DNA of 64,000 bases from an uncultured Actinomycetota bacterium (GTDB lineage Bacteria; Actinomycetota; Actinomycetes; CAVPEL01): contig CAVPEL010000006.1 of the NCBI GenBank assembly GCA_963703505.1, positions 956,541 through 1,020,540 of the forward strand, written 5' to 3'. Both the position numbers and the translations under genes were made by a program. Positions 33,662-45,000 of the stretch are shown one piece after another. The stretch's first letter is position 1. Every line of letters begins with the position of its first letter. A model generated the notes under the pieces. The model did not search any database and was not told the DNA's origin. It saw nothing but the letters and a program-made list of their open reading frames with translations.

Positions 33662-35229
33662 GTGACTTCCAACATTCCGGCCGGCGACCCGGTCCACGAC
33701 TCCCCAGGCCACCCTCACCTGGACGCGCTGCGCGCGAAGGCATCCTCGGGCGGTGCGCCCAAGTACCACGACGCCAACGCCGCGAAGGGCAAGCTGTTCG
33801 CCCGCGAGCGCATCGCGCTGCTGGTGGACGAGGGCAGCTTCGTCGAGGACGGCCTGTTCGCGAACGTGCTCGCCGGGGACCTGCCGGCCGACGGCGTCGT
33901 CACCGGGGCGGCGACCATCGACGGCCGCCCGGTCATGCTCATGGCGAACGACTCGACCGTGAAGGCCGGCTCCTGGGGCGCCCGGACCGTCGAGAAGATC
34001 ATCCGGGCCATCGAGACCGCGTACCGCACGGCCGTGCCGATGGTGTAGCTCGTCGACTCGGCCGGCGCGCGGATCACCGACCAGGTGGCGATGTTCCCCG
34101 GTCGGCGCGGCGCCGGGAAGATCTTCCACACCCAGGTGCGGGCCAGCGGCTCGATCCCGCAGGTGTGCGCGCTGTTCGGCCCGTCCGCAGCCGGTGGCGC
34201 CTACATCCCGGCGTTCTGCGACATCGTCGTCATGGTCGAGGGCAACGCCTCGATGTACCTCGGTTCGGACCGCATGGTCGAGATGGTGACCGGCGAGAAG
34301 ACGACGCTGGAGGAGATGGGCGGCGCCGCCATGCACTGCAAGGAGTCCGGCGTCGGGCACTTCCTCGCCAAGACCGAGCCCGAGGCGATCGGCATCGTCC
34401 GCGACTACCTGTCGTACCTGCCGACCAACTGGGAGTCCGCGCCGCCGTCCGCACCGGCACGGGACCCCAAGAAGACCGACCTGAAGGCCCTCGTGCCCGT
34501 CAGCGAGCGCATCGCGTTCGACATGCGCAAGTTCATCCGCGGCGTGGTCGACGAGGACTCGTTCTTCGAGATCCACGCCCTGTGGGCGCGCGAGCTCATC
34601 GTCGGGTTCGCCCGGCTGAACGGCGAGGTCGTCGGCATCGTGGCGAACAACCCGATGTTCAAGGGCGGCGTGCTGTTCGTCGACTCGGCCGACAAGGCGA
34701 CGCGGTTCATCTCAGCTGTGCGACGCGTTCAACGTGCCGCTGCTGTTCCTGTCCGACGTGCCCGGGCTTCATGGTCGGCACCGCGGTCGAGAAGCAGGGC
34801 ATCATCCGGCACGGCGCCAAGATGATCACGGCCGTGTCCGAGGCGACCGTGCCGAAGATCTGCGTCGTGGTGCGCAAGGCCTACGGCGCCGGGCTCTACG
34901 CGATGGCCGGCCCCGGCTTCGAGCCCGACGCCACGATCGCGCTGCCCACCGCGAAGATCGCGGTGATGGGCGCCGAAGCCGCCGTCAACGCGGTGTACGC
35001 GAACAAGATCGCGGCCATCGCCGACGACGACGAGCGGGCGGCGTTCGTCGAGAAGCTCCGCGCCGAGTACGAGGAGGACATCGACATCGTCCGCCTCGCC
35101 AGCGAGCTCGTCGTCGACGCGATCGTCGAGCCTGCCGACCTGCGGGCCGAGCTGGTGCGGCGCTACGCGGCGGCCCGCACCAAGGACCGGACGTTCTCCC
35201 GCCGTCGCCACGGAGTCACCCCGGTTTAG
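33662..35229 (+). pseudogene. Methylcrotonyl-CoA carboxylase beta-type carboxyltransferase (in-frame TAG at 34046 plus one frame break near 34715)
   Basis: ...KGKLFARERIALLVDEGSFVE...TVKAGSWG...AVPMV*LVDSAGARI (TAG where the conserved YLVDS has Tyr)...VGIVANNPMFKGGVLFVDSADKATRFI | CDAFNVPLLFLSDVPGFMVG.... Confidence 0.88.
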
Positions 35230-35307
35230 CCAGGTTCTGCTTGGCCGGTCAAGGATTGGTCAAGGTTGATCGGAATCCGCAACGGAGCCGAGCCACCTCT
35301 TAGCATC

Positions 35308-35981
35308 ATGAGCATGACCGCAGTATTGCTCGCTGAGGACGATGCCTCGATTGCCGAACCGCTCGCCCGGGCCCTGCGTCGTGAGGGATACGACGTCGAG
35401 GTGTCCAGCGACGGGCAAGGCGCGCTCGACCGGGTCCTCGAAGGTGGTGTCGACCTGGTCGTGCTCGACCTCGGGCTGCCGACCATGGACGGCCTCGAGG
35501 TGTGCCGCCGGATGCGCGCCGACGGCCATGCCGTGCCGGTGCTGGTGCTGACCGCGCGAGCGGACGAGGTCGACACCGTCGTCGGGCTCGACGCCGGCGC
35601 GGACGACTACGTGACCAAGCCGTTCCGGCTCGCCGAGCTGCTCGCCCGGGTGCGCGCTCTGCTGCGCCGCGGCACGACCGAGTCCACCCAGGTGAACGGT
35701 GTGCGGATCAACGTGGAGTCGCGCCGCGCCTGGCTGGACGACGAGGTCATGTCCCTGACCACGAAGGAGTTCGACCTGCTACGCGTCCTGGTCGCGCAGC
35801 CGGCAAGGTGGTCAGCCGCGAGCAGCTGATGCGCGAGGTGTGGGACACCAACTGGTGGGGCTCGACGAAGACGCTCGACATGCACGTGTCGTGGTTGCGT
35901 CGCAAGCTCGGCGACGATGCCGCCTCGCCACGGTTCATCACCACCGTTCGCGGCGTCGGGTTCCGTTTCGAAAGGGACTGA
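35308..35981 (+). pseudogene. OmpR/PhoB-family response regulator (one frame break near 35805)
   Basis: MSMTAVLLAEDDASIAEPL...LVVLDLGLPTMDG...DDYVTKPF... | ...VVSREQLMREVWDTNWWGSTKTLDMHVSWLRRKLG...ITTVRGVGFRFE. Confidence 0.88.
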
Positions 35982-35999
35982 GGGGACAGGGGCGCGCTG

Positions 36000-37313
36000 G
36001 TGCGAAAGCGACTGCTGGTCTGGACCCTCCTCGTCACGCTGGTCGCGGTGGTGTTGTTCGGCGTTCCACTCGGGGTGGTTGGCGCCCGGGTGGTCCGCGA
36101 CTCCGCGAACAAGCGGGTGACCTCGCGAGGCCCAGCAGATCGCGACAGTCGCGAACGCCCTGCTCGCCAACGACAGGCCGGTCACCACGCGCGGCCTCGC
36201 CGCGGTAGCCCAGCCGGACCGTTACGTCGTGATGACGAAGAGCGGTGGCCTTCGAGCTGACCGCCGGCGCGCCGATCAAGGGCGCGGCGCTGCGTGGAAC
36301 GGCCCGGGCGTCGGACTCCGTCGACGATCTCTGTTTTCGCGCCGGACGACCAGGTGAGCGAACAGACGCGCAACGTGTGGCTGCTGGTCGGTGCGCTCGG
36401 CGTGGTGGCCATGGTGGTGGCCGCGGCGCTAGCGGTAGTGCAAGCCCGTCGGATCGTTCGACCGCTCGTGGAGTTGGCGGAGACGGCCGACCTGCTCGGA
36501 TCGACTGATCCGAAACCGCGCGGTGTTCGCTACCGCCTGCGCGAGCTGGACAACATCGCCGAGATCCTCGACCGCAGCGCGGTGCGGATCGCCCGGATGC
36601 TGCGCAGGGAGCGGGAGTTCGCGGCCGACGCGTCGCACCAGCTCCGAACGCCGCTGACGGCTCTGTCGATCAGGCTCGAAGAGATCTTGGAAGTGAGCGA
36701 CCGGCCGGCGGTCCACGAAGAGGCGACAGCCGCCCTCGCCCAGGTGGAACGGTTGACCGCCGTCGTGCAGTCCCTGCTCACCGAGGCCCGTACCTCGCGA
36801 GCGGTCTCGGCCGTCCTGCTCGACGTCGAGGCCATCATCCGGCAGCAGGTGATCGAGTGGACCCCGGCGTTCCGCGCGGCCGGGCGTCGGATCCGGACGG
36901 TCGGCGCCCCTGGGCAGCGTGCGTTCGCCACTCCGGTGAGCCTGTCGCAGGTGCTGTCCTCGCTCCTGGACAACGCTCTCGTCCACGGTGCGGGCACGGT
37001 GACCGTGGGTTCGCGCTACAGCGGCGGGCACGTGGTCATCGAGGTCGGTGACGAGGGGGTCGGCGTGCCGCCGGAGCTCGGACAGCGGGTCTTCGAGCGT
37101 TCGGTCAGCGGACGGGACGGGACGGGCCTGGGCTTGGCGCTGGCCCGCGACGTCATCGAGTCAGACGGCGGCCGTCTCGAGCTGGTGCGCCCCAGGCCGG
37201 CGACCTTCGCCATCTTCCTCACTGCAGCGCCGGAGCTGAGCACTCAGTCGGACGCGGGCACCGACTCGGTCACCTCTGGCGCGGGTACCTCAGGGAACAC
37301 CCAACGACGGTAG
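36000..37313 (+). pseudogene. Sensor histidine kinase (HAMP-HisKA-HATPase), at least 2 frame breaks in the 5' third
   Basis: GTG at 36000 gives VRKRLLVWTLLVTLVAVVLFGV (TM1), a second TM at VWLLVGALGVVAMVVAAALAV, H-box FAADASHQLRTPLTAL, and DNALVHG...DEGVGVP...GTGLGLALA. Confidence 0.85.
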
Positions 37314-37651
37314 GACCAGAACCGGAAGGCGGTTCCGAGTCCCAACCCGATCACGTTGGCCGAGATGTTGTCGGCCAGGTGGGTCTGCAGGTCCAGCGCG
37401 TAGTGCGAGAGGAACAGGCACCCCTCGGCGATCACCAGCCCGATCGCGTTGAACGCGAAGAACAGCCCGAGCTCGCGGCCGAGCCCGGAGCGGGCGCGAT
37501 CAGCCCAGGTCCAGTGCCGGTTGGCGAAGTAGGCGAAGATCGTGGCGGCGATCGCCGAGATCGCCTTGGCGGTGAGGACCTTGTCGTCCAGCGGGCCGAG
37601 CCGCAGCAGGTTGAAGCCGCCGATGTCGATGACGGCGGCCATCGCGCCCAC
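37244..37651 (-). CDS. GtrA-family membrane protein (true start probably upstream, around 37698, via a frame break)
   Basis: ...AVIDIGGFNLL...FAYFANRHWTW...FRFWSYRRWVF, typical of GtrA. The upstream in-frame RGELARFGT has no start codon, and the only upstream ATG (37698) is in another frame. Confidence 0.75.
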   Translation of the reverse strand: MGAMAAVIDIGGFNLLRLGPLDDKVLTAKAISAIAATIFAYFANRHWTWADRARSGLGRELGLFFAFNAIGLVIAEGCLFLSHYALDLQTHLADNISANVIGLGLGTAFRFWSYRRWVFPEVPAPEVTESVPASD

Positions 37652-37803
37652 GGTGCCGAAGCGGGCGAGCTCACCCCTGATGACGATGGCGCGGTCATAC
37701 AGCGATGCGGGTGATACTCACCGGGTAAGCGTAGTCGGGGTCGTGCGACCATGGACCCCGGCCAGCGACATGCGGCCTGGCCCAGAAGACGCCCGACCAA
37801 GAG

Positions 37804-38962
37804 GTGACCCCCATGGACTTCCGACTCAACGACGACCACGAGGCCCTGCGCAAGACCGTGGAGGACTTCGCCCGCACCGTGGTGGCGCCGCGGGCCGCCG
37901 AGATGGACGAGACCGGGGAGTTCCCGTACGACATCGTCGAGCAGATGGGCGAGATGGGGCTGTTCGGCCTGCCCTTCCCCGAGGAGTACGACGGCATGGG
38001 CGGCGACTACTTCGCGCTCTGCCTGGCCTTCGAGGAGCTCGCCCGGGTCGACTCGTCGGTGGCGATCACCCTCGAGGCCGGCGTGTCCCTCGGTGCGATG
38101 CCGGTGTACCGGTTCGGTACCGAGGAGCAGAAGCGCGAGTGGCTGCCGCAGCTGGCGGCGGGCAAGGCGCTCGGCGCGTTCGGGCTGACCGAGCCGGGCG
38201 GCGGCACCGACGCCGGTGCGACCCGCACCCGGGCGCGTCTGGACGACGGCGAGTGGGTCATCGACGGCACCAAGTGCTTCATCACCAACGCCGGGCACCG
38301 ACATCACCGAGCTGGTCACGGTGACCGCGGTCACCGGCGAGGTCGACGGCCGCAAGGAGATCTCCTCGATCCTGGTGCCGGTGCCGCGCGACGGGCTTCA
38401 CGCGTGGCGCCGAAGTACTCGAAGGTCGGCTGGCACGCCTCCGACACCCGGGAGATGTCGTTCTCCGGGTGCCGGGTGCCCGAGGCGAACCTGCTCGGCG
38501 AGCGCGGCCGCGGTTACGCCAACTTCCTGTCGATCCTCGACGAGGGCCGGATCGCGATCGCCGCGCTCGCGGTCGGGTCTGGCGCAGGGCTGCGTCGACG
38601 AGTCGCTGAAGTACGCCAAGGAGCGGCACGCGTTCGGCGCGCCGATCGGGCGTACCAGGCGATCCAGTTCAAGATCGCCGACATGGAGATGCGCACGCAC
38701 ACGGCCCGGCTGGCCTACTACGACGCGGCCGCGCGGATGCTGCGCCGGCGAGCCGTTCAAGAAGCAGGCGGCCATCGCCAAGCTGTACGCGTCGGAGATC
38801 GCGGTGACCAACGCCCGCGAGGCGACGCAGATCCACGGCGGCTACGGGTTCATGAACGAGTTCCCGGTGGCCCGGTTCTGGCGGGACTCCAAGATCCTGG
38901 AGATCGGCGAGGGCACGTCCGAGGTGCAGCGGATGCTCATCGCGCGCGAGCTCGGGCTCTAG
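37804..38962 (+). pseudogene. Acyl-CoA dehydrogenase (isovaleryl/short-chain type); at least 5 frame breaks between 38290 and 38760
   Basis: MDFRLNDDHEALRKTVEDFARTVVAPRAAEMDE...GAFGLTEPGGGTDAG...; pieces in ORFs 37804 and 38216. Ends QIHGGYGFMNEFPVARFWRDSKILEIGEGTSEVQRMLIARELGL. Confidence 0.9.
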
Positions 38963-38991
38963 GTCAGCGCTTCGAGTTGCCAGCGCTTCGA

Positions 38992-39037
38992 GTTGTCAGG
39001 GCGTCGGGTCGTTAGGGCGACCTGACGCCCTGACAAC
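38992..39037 (+). terminator. Rho-independent-type terminator after the acyl-CoA dehydrogenase
   Basis: 14-bp stem gttgtcagggcgtc / gacgccctgacaac followed by ttttga. Preceded by a 15-bp direct repeat cagcgcttcgagttg x2 (38965-38995). Confidence 0.6.
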
Positions 39038-39071
39038 TTTTGAGGGGCGGTGGGTGCCCAGGGCGGTCGAT

Positions 39072-39792
39072 TCAGCGGCCGATGCGCCAGACGCCCTTGC
39101 GGGTCGTGCCGACCGCGAAGGCGAGGGCAACGAGGACGAGCGCGCCGACCCAGATCATGGCGGCGGAGCTGCGGGCTCCCTGACGCGTCGCGGATGCCCG
39201 TGCTGTCGCGGTTACCGAACTCGGCAGCGGGGTCGGCGCGTCGACGACCTTGGTGCCGTCGCTGTCCGCCTCGTCCTGCGCCCCGAGTACCTCGGTCACG
39301 ACGCCGACATCCTCGGTGCTCGCGAGCAGCGAGGCGTCACTGGCCGCCGTCACGATGACCGGCACCTTCAGCACGCGCGGTGCCCCAGCGCGGACCGCCG
39401 CGGAGAACGTCGCCGAGGACGAGATGCCGGCGGCGAGCTCCCCGGGACGGTCACAGGTCACCGCCATCGCCGCAGCCGCGCAGCTCCAGGTGTCACTGGT
39501 GGATGACCCAAAAGTCAGGCCGTCCGGGAGCATGATGACCGCGCGCAGGTCGGCGGCGGCGCTCGCGCCGTGGTTGGTGATGGTGACTCGCCAGGACGCG
39601 TCGTGTCCAGCTTCTAGTGCGCCGACCCGCTCGATCTGAACGGAGACCTCTGCGTGGCCCGCTGCATGCGCGGCAGTGGGCGACAGCAGCGACGGGTACG
39701 CGATGGCGAAGCCGAGAAGGCCCGCAGCGGCGACGGGCAGCACGGACCCGCTGGTGGCGGCGCGCTTTGGCGAAGGTCGCACGGGCAGGTTG
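39072..39792 (-). CDS. Small secreted DUF11-type repeat protein with C-terminal TM anchor
   Basis: GTG at 39792 (ggag 10 nt upstream) gives MRPSPKRAATSGSVLPVAAAGLLGFAIA. DUF11-like WRVTITNHGASAAADLRAVIMLPDGLTF...WSC...VTCDRPGELAAG. C-terminal IWVGALVLVALAFAVGTTRKG. Confidence 0.6.
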
Positions 39793-40070
39793 CTCCGGAG
39801 GCCGCCGACAGAGTCTGAGGCCGGGTCAGGAGAGTGGCCGTCCGGCCGCCCTCGTGGGGCACGTGCGGGGGCCGGTTTCGCTGTCGCTCCCCGAGGGCCG
39901 TGCGACCAGTGACGCCCGCGGATCAACGCATCCCCGAACCGTGGGGTCACGATTCGTGACCGAGAGTAGCGCAGGAAACCGGTCAGACTCGATCATGGCG
40001 GGCCGTGTCACTCATTTGGCCCAGATGTGTCGGCGCGGTGGCGCTGGCGCCCTCGGTAGAGTGCCCGGTC

Positions 40071-41219
40071 GTGACGTCTTCTTCGGCTGGTTCCCCCGTT
40101 TCCCCCGCGCGAGTCGGCATGGTCGGCGGCGGTCAGCTCGCCCAGATGACGCACCAGGCCGCGATCGCGCTCGGCATCGAGTTCACCGTGCTGGCCGAAG
40201 GCGCGAAGGACAGCGCCGCCCGGGTCGTCGCTGACGTCGAGCTCGGATCGCACATCTCCGCCGAAGCGGTTCGTGCCTTCGCCGCCCGCTGCGACGTGCT
40301 CACCTTCGACCACGAGCACGTGCCGGGCGACATCCTGCGCGCGTTGGAGGCGGACGGGGTCGCGGTCCGCCCAGGACCTGCGGCGCTGCACTTCGCCCAG
40401 GACAAGGCGGCGATGCGCGCCCGGCTGACCGAGCTGGGGATGCCGGTGCCGCGCTGGCGGATGGTCGCCGACGCCGCTGAGCTGGCCGCGTTCGGCGACG
40501 AGGTCGGCTGGCCGGTGGTGGTCAAGGCGGTACGCGGCGGCTACGACGGTCGCGGCGTCTGGATGCTGGACGGCCCGGACGAGCTGCCGGCGCCGGGCCC
40601 GTTGCTCGCCGAGGAGAAGGTGGCGTTCCGCCGGGAGCTGGCCGCACTGGTCGCCCGTTCGCCGCACGGGCAGGCAGCGGCCTGGCCGGTCGTCGAGACC
40701 GTGCAGCGCGACGGGATGTGCGTCGAGGTTGTCTCGCCGGCGCCTGGGCTGTCCGACGAGCGCGCCGTGGCGGCGCAGGAGCTGGCGCTGCGGATCGCCG
40801 GCGAGCTCGGGGTCGTCGGCGTGCTGGCAGTCGAGCTGTTCGAGACCGACGACGGCGTCGTCATCAACGAGCTGGCGATGCGCCCGCACAACTCCGGGCA
40901 CTGGACGATCGATGGCTCGGCCACGTCGCAGTTCGAGCAGCATCTGCGGGCGGTGCTGGACCTGCCGCTGGGCTCGGTGCGTCCGCATGCGCCGTTTGCC
41001 GTCATGGTCAATGTGATCGGCGGCGAGGACCCGGACGTCTACGGCCGCTACGAGCACATCATGGCCCACGATCCGGGGGTCAAGCTCCACATGTACGGCA
41101 AGGACGTCCGGCCGGGCCGCAAGATCGGCCACGTGACCGTGCTGGGCGATGACGTCGACGACCTCCGCCGGCGTGCCTGGCACGCGGCGGTCCACCTGCG
41201 CACCGGGGAGTACGTATGA
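40071..41219 (+). CDS. purK: 5-(carboxyamino)imidazole ribonucleotide synthase (N5-CAIR synthetase)
   Basis: ...[13 protein letters not shown]...[11 protein letters not shown]...ATP-grasp core...[13 protein letters not shown]...[11 protein letters not shown]. The start is uncertain (ORF opens at 40005). Confidence 0.9.
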   Translation: MTSSSAGSPVSPARVGMVGGGQLAQMTHQAAIALGIEFTVLAEGAKDSAARVVADVELGSHISAEAVRAFAARCDVLTFDHEHVPGDILRALEADGVAVRPGPAALHFAQDKAAMRARLTELGMPVPRWRMVADAAELAAFGDEVGWPVVVKAVRGGYDGRGVWMLDGPDELPAPGPLLAEEKVAFRRELAALVARSPHGQAAAWPVVETVQRDGMCVEVVSPAPGLSDERAVAAQELALRIAGELGVVGVLAVELFETDDGVVINELAMRPHNSGHWTIDGSATSQFEQHLRAVLDLPLGSVRPHAPFAVMVNVIGGEDPDVYGRYEHIMAHDPGVKLHMYGKDVRPGRKIGHVTVLGDDVDDLRRRAWHAAVHLRTGEYV

Positions 41220-41740
41220 GCACGGACGTTCCGCTGGTCGGCGTGGTCATGGGCAGCGACTCGGACTGGCCGGTGATGGAGGCCGCGGCAAAGGCGCTGG
41301 AGGAGTTCGGCGTTGCGTTCGAGGTCGACGTCGTCTCCGCGCACCGCATGCCGCGGGAGATGCTGGCCTACGGCGAGCAGGCTGCGGGTCGCGGTCTGCG
41401 GGTGATCATCGCCGGTGCCGGCGGCGCCGCGCACCTGCCCGGGATGCTCGCGTCGGTGACGCCGCTGCCGGTCATCGGCGTGCCGGTTCCCTTGGCGCAC
41501 CTGGACGGCATGGACTCGCTGCTGTCGATCGTGCAGATGCCGGCCGGCGTGCCGGTGGCGACGGTGTCGGTGGGCGGTGCGCGCAACGCCGGGCTGCTGG
41601 CCGTGCGGATCCTGTCGGTCGCCGACGAGGCGCTGCGCGCCACGATGACGGCCTTCCAGGTGTCACTCGGCGACGCGGCCAAGGCCAAGGGCGAGGCGCT
41701 GCGGCGCAGCCGGAGCGCGCCGACCGGGTTCACCGGGTGA
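41216..41740 (+). CDS. purE: 5-(carboxyamino)imidazole ribonucleotide mutase
   Basis: 174 aa. [14 protein letters not shown]...VSAHRMP...[14 protein letters not shown]...PVIGVPV. The start overlaps the purK stop. Confidence 0.95.
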   Translation: MSTDVPLVGVVMGSDSDWPVMEAAAKALEEFGVAFEVDVVSAHRMPREMLAYGEQAAGRGLRVIIAGAGGAAHLPGMLASVTPLPVIGVPVPLAHLDGMDSLLSIVQMPAGVPVATVSVGGARNAGLLAVRILSVADEALRATMTAFQVSLGDAAKAKGEALRRSRSAPTGFTG

Positions 41741-41788
41741 TCCAACCCGCCGGCCTTGGCACTGGCGTCCGTGGTGTTGACTGGTGCC

Positions 41789-42230
41789 ATGCCTTTGATC
41801 GGTGACTACGAGCCCAGCACCCAGCAGTGGGTCCGCGACCAGGTGGAGCAGTACGAGGGCTCCGGTGGGACCGAGGGGACCACGATGCGCGGGAGGCCGG
41901 TGGTCATCCTGACCACCATCGGCGCCGCGTCCGGCAAGCTGCGCAAGACTCCGCTGATGAGGGTGGAGCACGACGGCGCGCTATGCCGTGGTGGCCTCGC
42001 AGGGCGGGGCGCCCAAGCACCCGTCCTGGTACTTCAACCTGGTCGCCCATCCGCGGTCGAGCTGCAGGACGGTCCCGTCCGCCGCGACATGATCGCGCGG
42101 GAGCTCGCAGGCGAGGAGAAGGCGCTGTGGTGGGAGCGCGCGGTCGCAGCGTGGCCCGACTACGCCGGCTACCAGACCAAGACCGACCGCGCAGATCCCG
42201 GTGTTCGTGCTGGAGCCCGCTGCCGGCTGA
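41789..42230 (+). pseudogene. Deazaflavin (F420)-dependent nitroreductase (DDN) family protein; 2 frame breaks
   Basis: MPLIGDYEPSTQQWVRDQVEQYEGSGG...[28 protein letters not shown] | ...[17 protein letters not shown]... | ...YQTKTDRQIPVFVLEP. Confidence 0.75.
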
Positions 42231-42243
42231 CCGCGGCGGTCCC

Positions 42244-42612
42244 TCACAGCGGCGCGGCGGTCGGCGCAGCGTCGCCGGAGGTAGGCGGCGGCGACGCTCT
42301 TGGGCACCGCCATCTGCCACGCGTCGGTGACCAGCTCGCGCAGCTGAGCCTCGTCGATCGCGGCAAGCCTGACCCGCACCCAGCTGGTACCGCTCGTCCG
42401 ACGCGAATCGGCATCAGGAACGTGTCGGGCTCGGCCGCGACGAGCGCCGCACGCTCATCCCGCGGGAAGCCGAACCCCATCAGCGTCTCGTCGGCGGACA
42501 GCGAGACGAAGACGATCCGGCCCACTCGGAACTTGACGCAGTCCCGCACCAGCGCCTCATAGGCCCGCGGCAGAGACAGCGCGATCCGGCGGACGTCGTC
42601 GGTGGTGACCAT
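42244..42612 (-). pseudogene. MmcQ/YjbR family protein (one frame break near 42420; 3' end uncertain)
   Basis: MVTTDDVRRIALSLPRAYEALVRDCVKFRVGRIVFVSLSADETLMGFGFP... continues in ORF 41981..42379 (VRVRLAAIDEAQLRELVTDAWQMAVPKSV). Confidence 0.6.
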
Positions 42613-42660
42613 CCGACGACGGTAATGCCGGGGGCTGACAGAACCTGCCAGACTCCGACC

Positions 42661-43086
42661 ATGACAGATGCTTCAGAACCACGCACGGTGTCCGTCGAGC
42701 GCACCGGCAAGGGCCGGTTCGTCGCCACCAACGTCCGCGGTGGCCAGCTCCCGATGGGCATAGGGACCGATACCGACTTCACCCCGTCGGAGCTTCTCCT
42801 CGTTGCGATCGGCGGCTGCACGGCGATCGACGTCGACATCCTGACGGCGCGCCGCGCTGAACCGGACTCCTTCGAGATCCGCGTCGATGCGAACAAGGTG
42901 CGCGGTGAGGGCGGCAACCGGTTCACCGACATCGAGGTGACGTTCCGGATCGCGTTCCCCGCAGGCGAGGCAGGCGACGACGCGCGGGCGTTGCTGCCCC
43001 AGGCAGTGCAGAGGTCCCACGACCAGCTGTGCACAGTCGGCCGGACCGTTGAGATCGGCACGCCCGTCGCCACCCGGATCGAGTAG
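42661..43086 (+). CDS. OsmC/Ohr family peroxiredoxin-like protein
   Basis: ATG at 42661. ...FTPSELLLVAIGGCTAIDV...LCTVGRTV... (two conserved Cys). Confidence 0.8.
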   Translation: MTDASEPRTVSVERTGKGRFVATNVRGGQLPMGIGTDTDFTPSELLLVAIGGCTAIDVDILTARRAEPDSFEIRVDANKVRGEGGNRFTDIEVTFRIAFPAGEAGDDARALLPQAVQRSHDQLCTVGRTVEIGTPVATRIE

Positions 43087-43094
43087 CGGCCCGG

Positions 43095-43527
43095 TCAGCT
43101 CGCGGCAGGTCCGTGCTGCGGCCATTCGATCACCGGACAGGTGTCCATCACCATGTCCAGCCCGGCGGCCACGACCCGAGCAGCTGCCTCGTCGTCGACG
43201 ACACCGAGCTGGAACCAGACCGCGCCCGCACCGATCGCGATCGCCTCGTCAGCCACCGCACCGGCGTCCTGCGAGCGCCGGAACACATCGACGACGTCGA
43301 CGGGAACGGGATCTCGGCGAGCGAGGCGTAGCCCTGCTCGCCGAGCACGGTGGCCGCCGACGGGTGCACCGGCACGATCCGTTTGCCGTGGCGCTGCAGG
43401 AAGTCGGCGACGCTCCCAGGCGGGGCGGGATGGGTTGTCGCCGAGGCCGACGATCGCCCAGGTGCCGGCGTCTGCGAGCAGCTGGGTGATGACCTCGGGA
43501 CGGCGGTAGTCAGAGATGGTTCGACAT
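43095..43527 (-). pseudogene. CoA-binding domain protein (YccU-like); at least 3 frame breaks
   Basis: MSNHL | DYRRPEVITQLLADAGTWAIVGLGDNPSRPAW | VADFLQRHGKRIVPVHP...GYASLAEIP | VDVFRRSQDAGAVADEAIAIGAGAVWFQLGV. Confidence 0.75.
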
Positions 43528-43529
43528 CC

Positions 43530-44905
43530 TCACGCGCTCGGGGTGATCGAGATCGGTTCGGGCGCCGGCCGGCCGAGCGCGCGGTAGGTCCAGCCCGCGT
43601 CGCGCCAGAGCTCCGGGTCGAGCGCGTTGCGGCCGTCGACGATCCGGGGCACCTCGACGATCGCGCCGCAACGCGGCCGGGTCGAGGTCGCGGAACTCCT
43701 GCCACTCGGTCAGGTGCAGCACGACGTCGCGCGTCGGCGCAGGCCTCGAGCGACGGAGGCAGCGTAGGTCAGCGTCGGGGAGCAGCCGGCGCGCGTTGTC
43801 CATCGCCCGCGGGTCGTAGACGCGTCACCGTCGCGCCCTGCAGCCGTGGATCTGGTCGGCCGACGTCGAGGGCCGGGGAGTCGCGGATGTCGTCGGAGTT
43901 CGGCTTGAACGCGGCGCCGAGCACGGCGACCCGCTTGCCGGCGAACGACCCGTCCAGCACTGCTCGGCCGCGAGTTCGACCATGCGCGCCCGGCGGCGCA
44001 GGTTGATCGCGTCGACCTCGCGCAGGAAGCGACAGCGCCTGGTCGACGCCGAGCTCGCCGGCGCGGGCCATGAAGGCGCGGATGTCCTTGGGCAGGCAGC
44101 CGCCGCCGAAGCCGAGCCCGGCGTGCAGGAACCGGCCGCCGATGCGGGTCGTCGTGCGAGAGCGCCTCGGAGAGCGCGGTGACGTCGGCGCCGGTGGCCT
44201 CGCAGACCTCGGCCATCGCGTTGATGAAGGAGATCTTGGTGGCCAGGAACGAGTTGGCGGCGACCTTGACCAGCTCGGCGGTGGCGAAGTCGGTGACCAC
44301 GAACGGCACGCCGTCGTCGATCAGCGGCGCGTAGACCTCGCGCAGGATCTTCTCGGCCCGCACCGACCGCGGCCCCGACGACGAGCCGGTCCGGGTGCAG
44401 GGTGTCCTCGACGGCGAAGCCCTCGCGCAGGAACTCGGGGTTCCAGGCGAGCTCGACGTCCGCGCCCGCCGGCGCCAGCTCGGCCAGCCGGGCCGCGAGC
44501 CGCGTCGGCGGTGCCGACCGGCACGGTGGACTTGCCGACCACGAGGCACGCACGGTCCAGGTGCAGCGGCGAGCGCGTCGACCACCGCGTCGACGTAGGT
44601 CAGGTCGGCGGCGTACCCGTCCGCGCTTCTGCGGGGTGCCGACGCAGACGAAGTGGACGTCGCCGAACGCGGCGACCTCGGCGACGTCGGTGGTGAAGCG
44701 CAGCCGGCCGGCGTCGATGCCGCTTGCCGGAGCAGCTCGGCCAGCCCGGGCTCGAAGAACGGCAGCGTCGCCCGGCGCAAGCGCGGCGATCTTGGCCGCG
44801 TCGACGTCGCAGGCCGAGCACCTCGATAGCCGAGCTCGGCCATGCACGCGGCGTGGGTGGCGCCGAGGTAGCCGGTGCCGATCACGCGTGAGGCGAGGCT
44901 GTCAC
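43530..44905 (-). pseudogene. ugd: UDP-glucose 6-dehydrogenase family; roughly 8-10 frame breaks in 1.4 kb
   Basis: GTG at 44905, 8 nt after aggagg. Fragments lie across all three frames: VIGTGYLGATHAACMAELGY, FVCVGTPQ, GKSTVPVGT, LAWNPEFLREGFAVEDTLHPDRLVVG, ELVKVAANSFLATKISFINAMAEVCE, GFGGGCLPKDIRAF, AVLGAAFKPNSDDIRDSPALDV, LTEWQEFR. Confidence 0.85.
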
Positions 44906-45000
44906 GTGTCAGCTGCCTCCTAGTGCCCGATCGATGTCGGCGACCGCGGCCGTCGAGCTCGGCGATCCGTACTACGACCGTACGCAGGTCTGCGGCTACC

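Noticed and set aside
38965-38995. 15-bp direct repeat cagcgcttcgagttg x2 directly before the terminator at 38992.
   Set aside because: Only two copies, immediately adjacent to a hairpin. This is most simply a local slippage duplication or part of the terminator region, and too little to call a regulatory element.
39072-39230. Possible LPXTG sortase signal in the small DUF11 protein (…PLPSSVTATARAS… followed by a TM helix and a basic tail).
   Set aside because: No LPXTG, LAXTG or similar motif is present in the frame as read. Recovering one would need two compensating frame shifts, which is not supported. It is called only as a C-terminal TM anchor.
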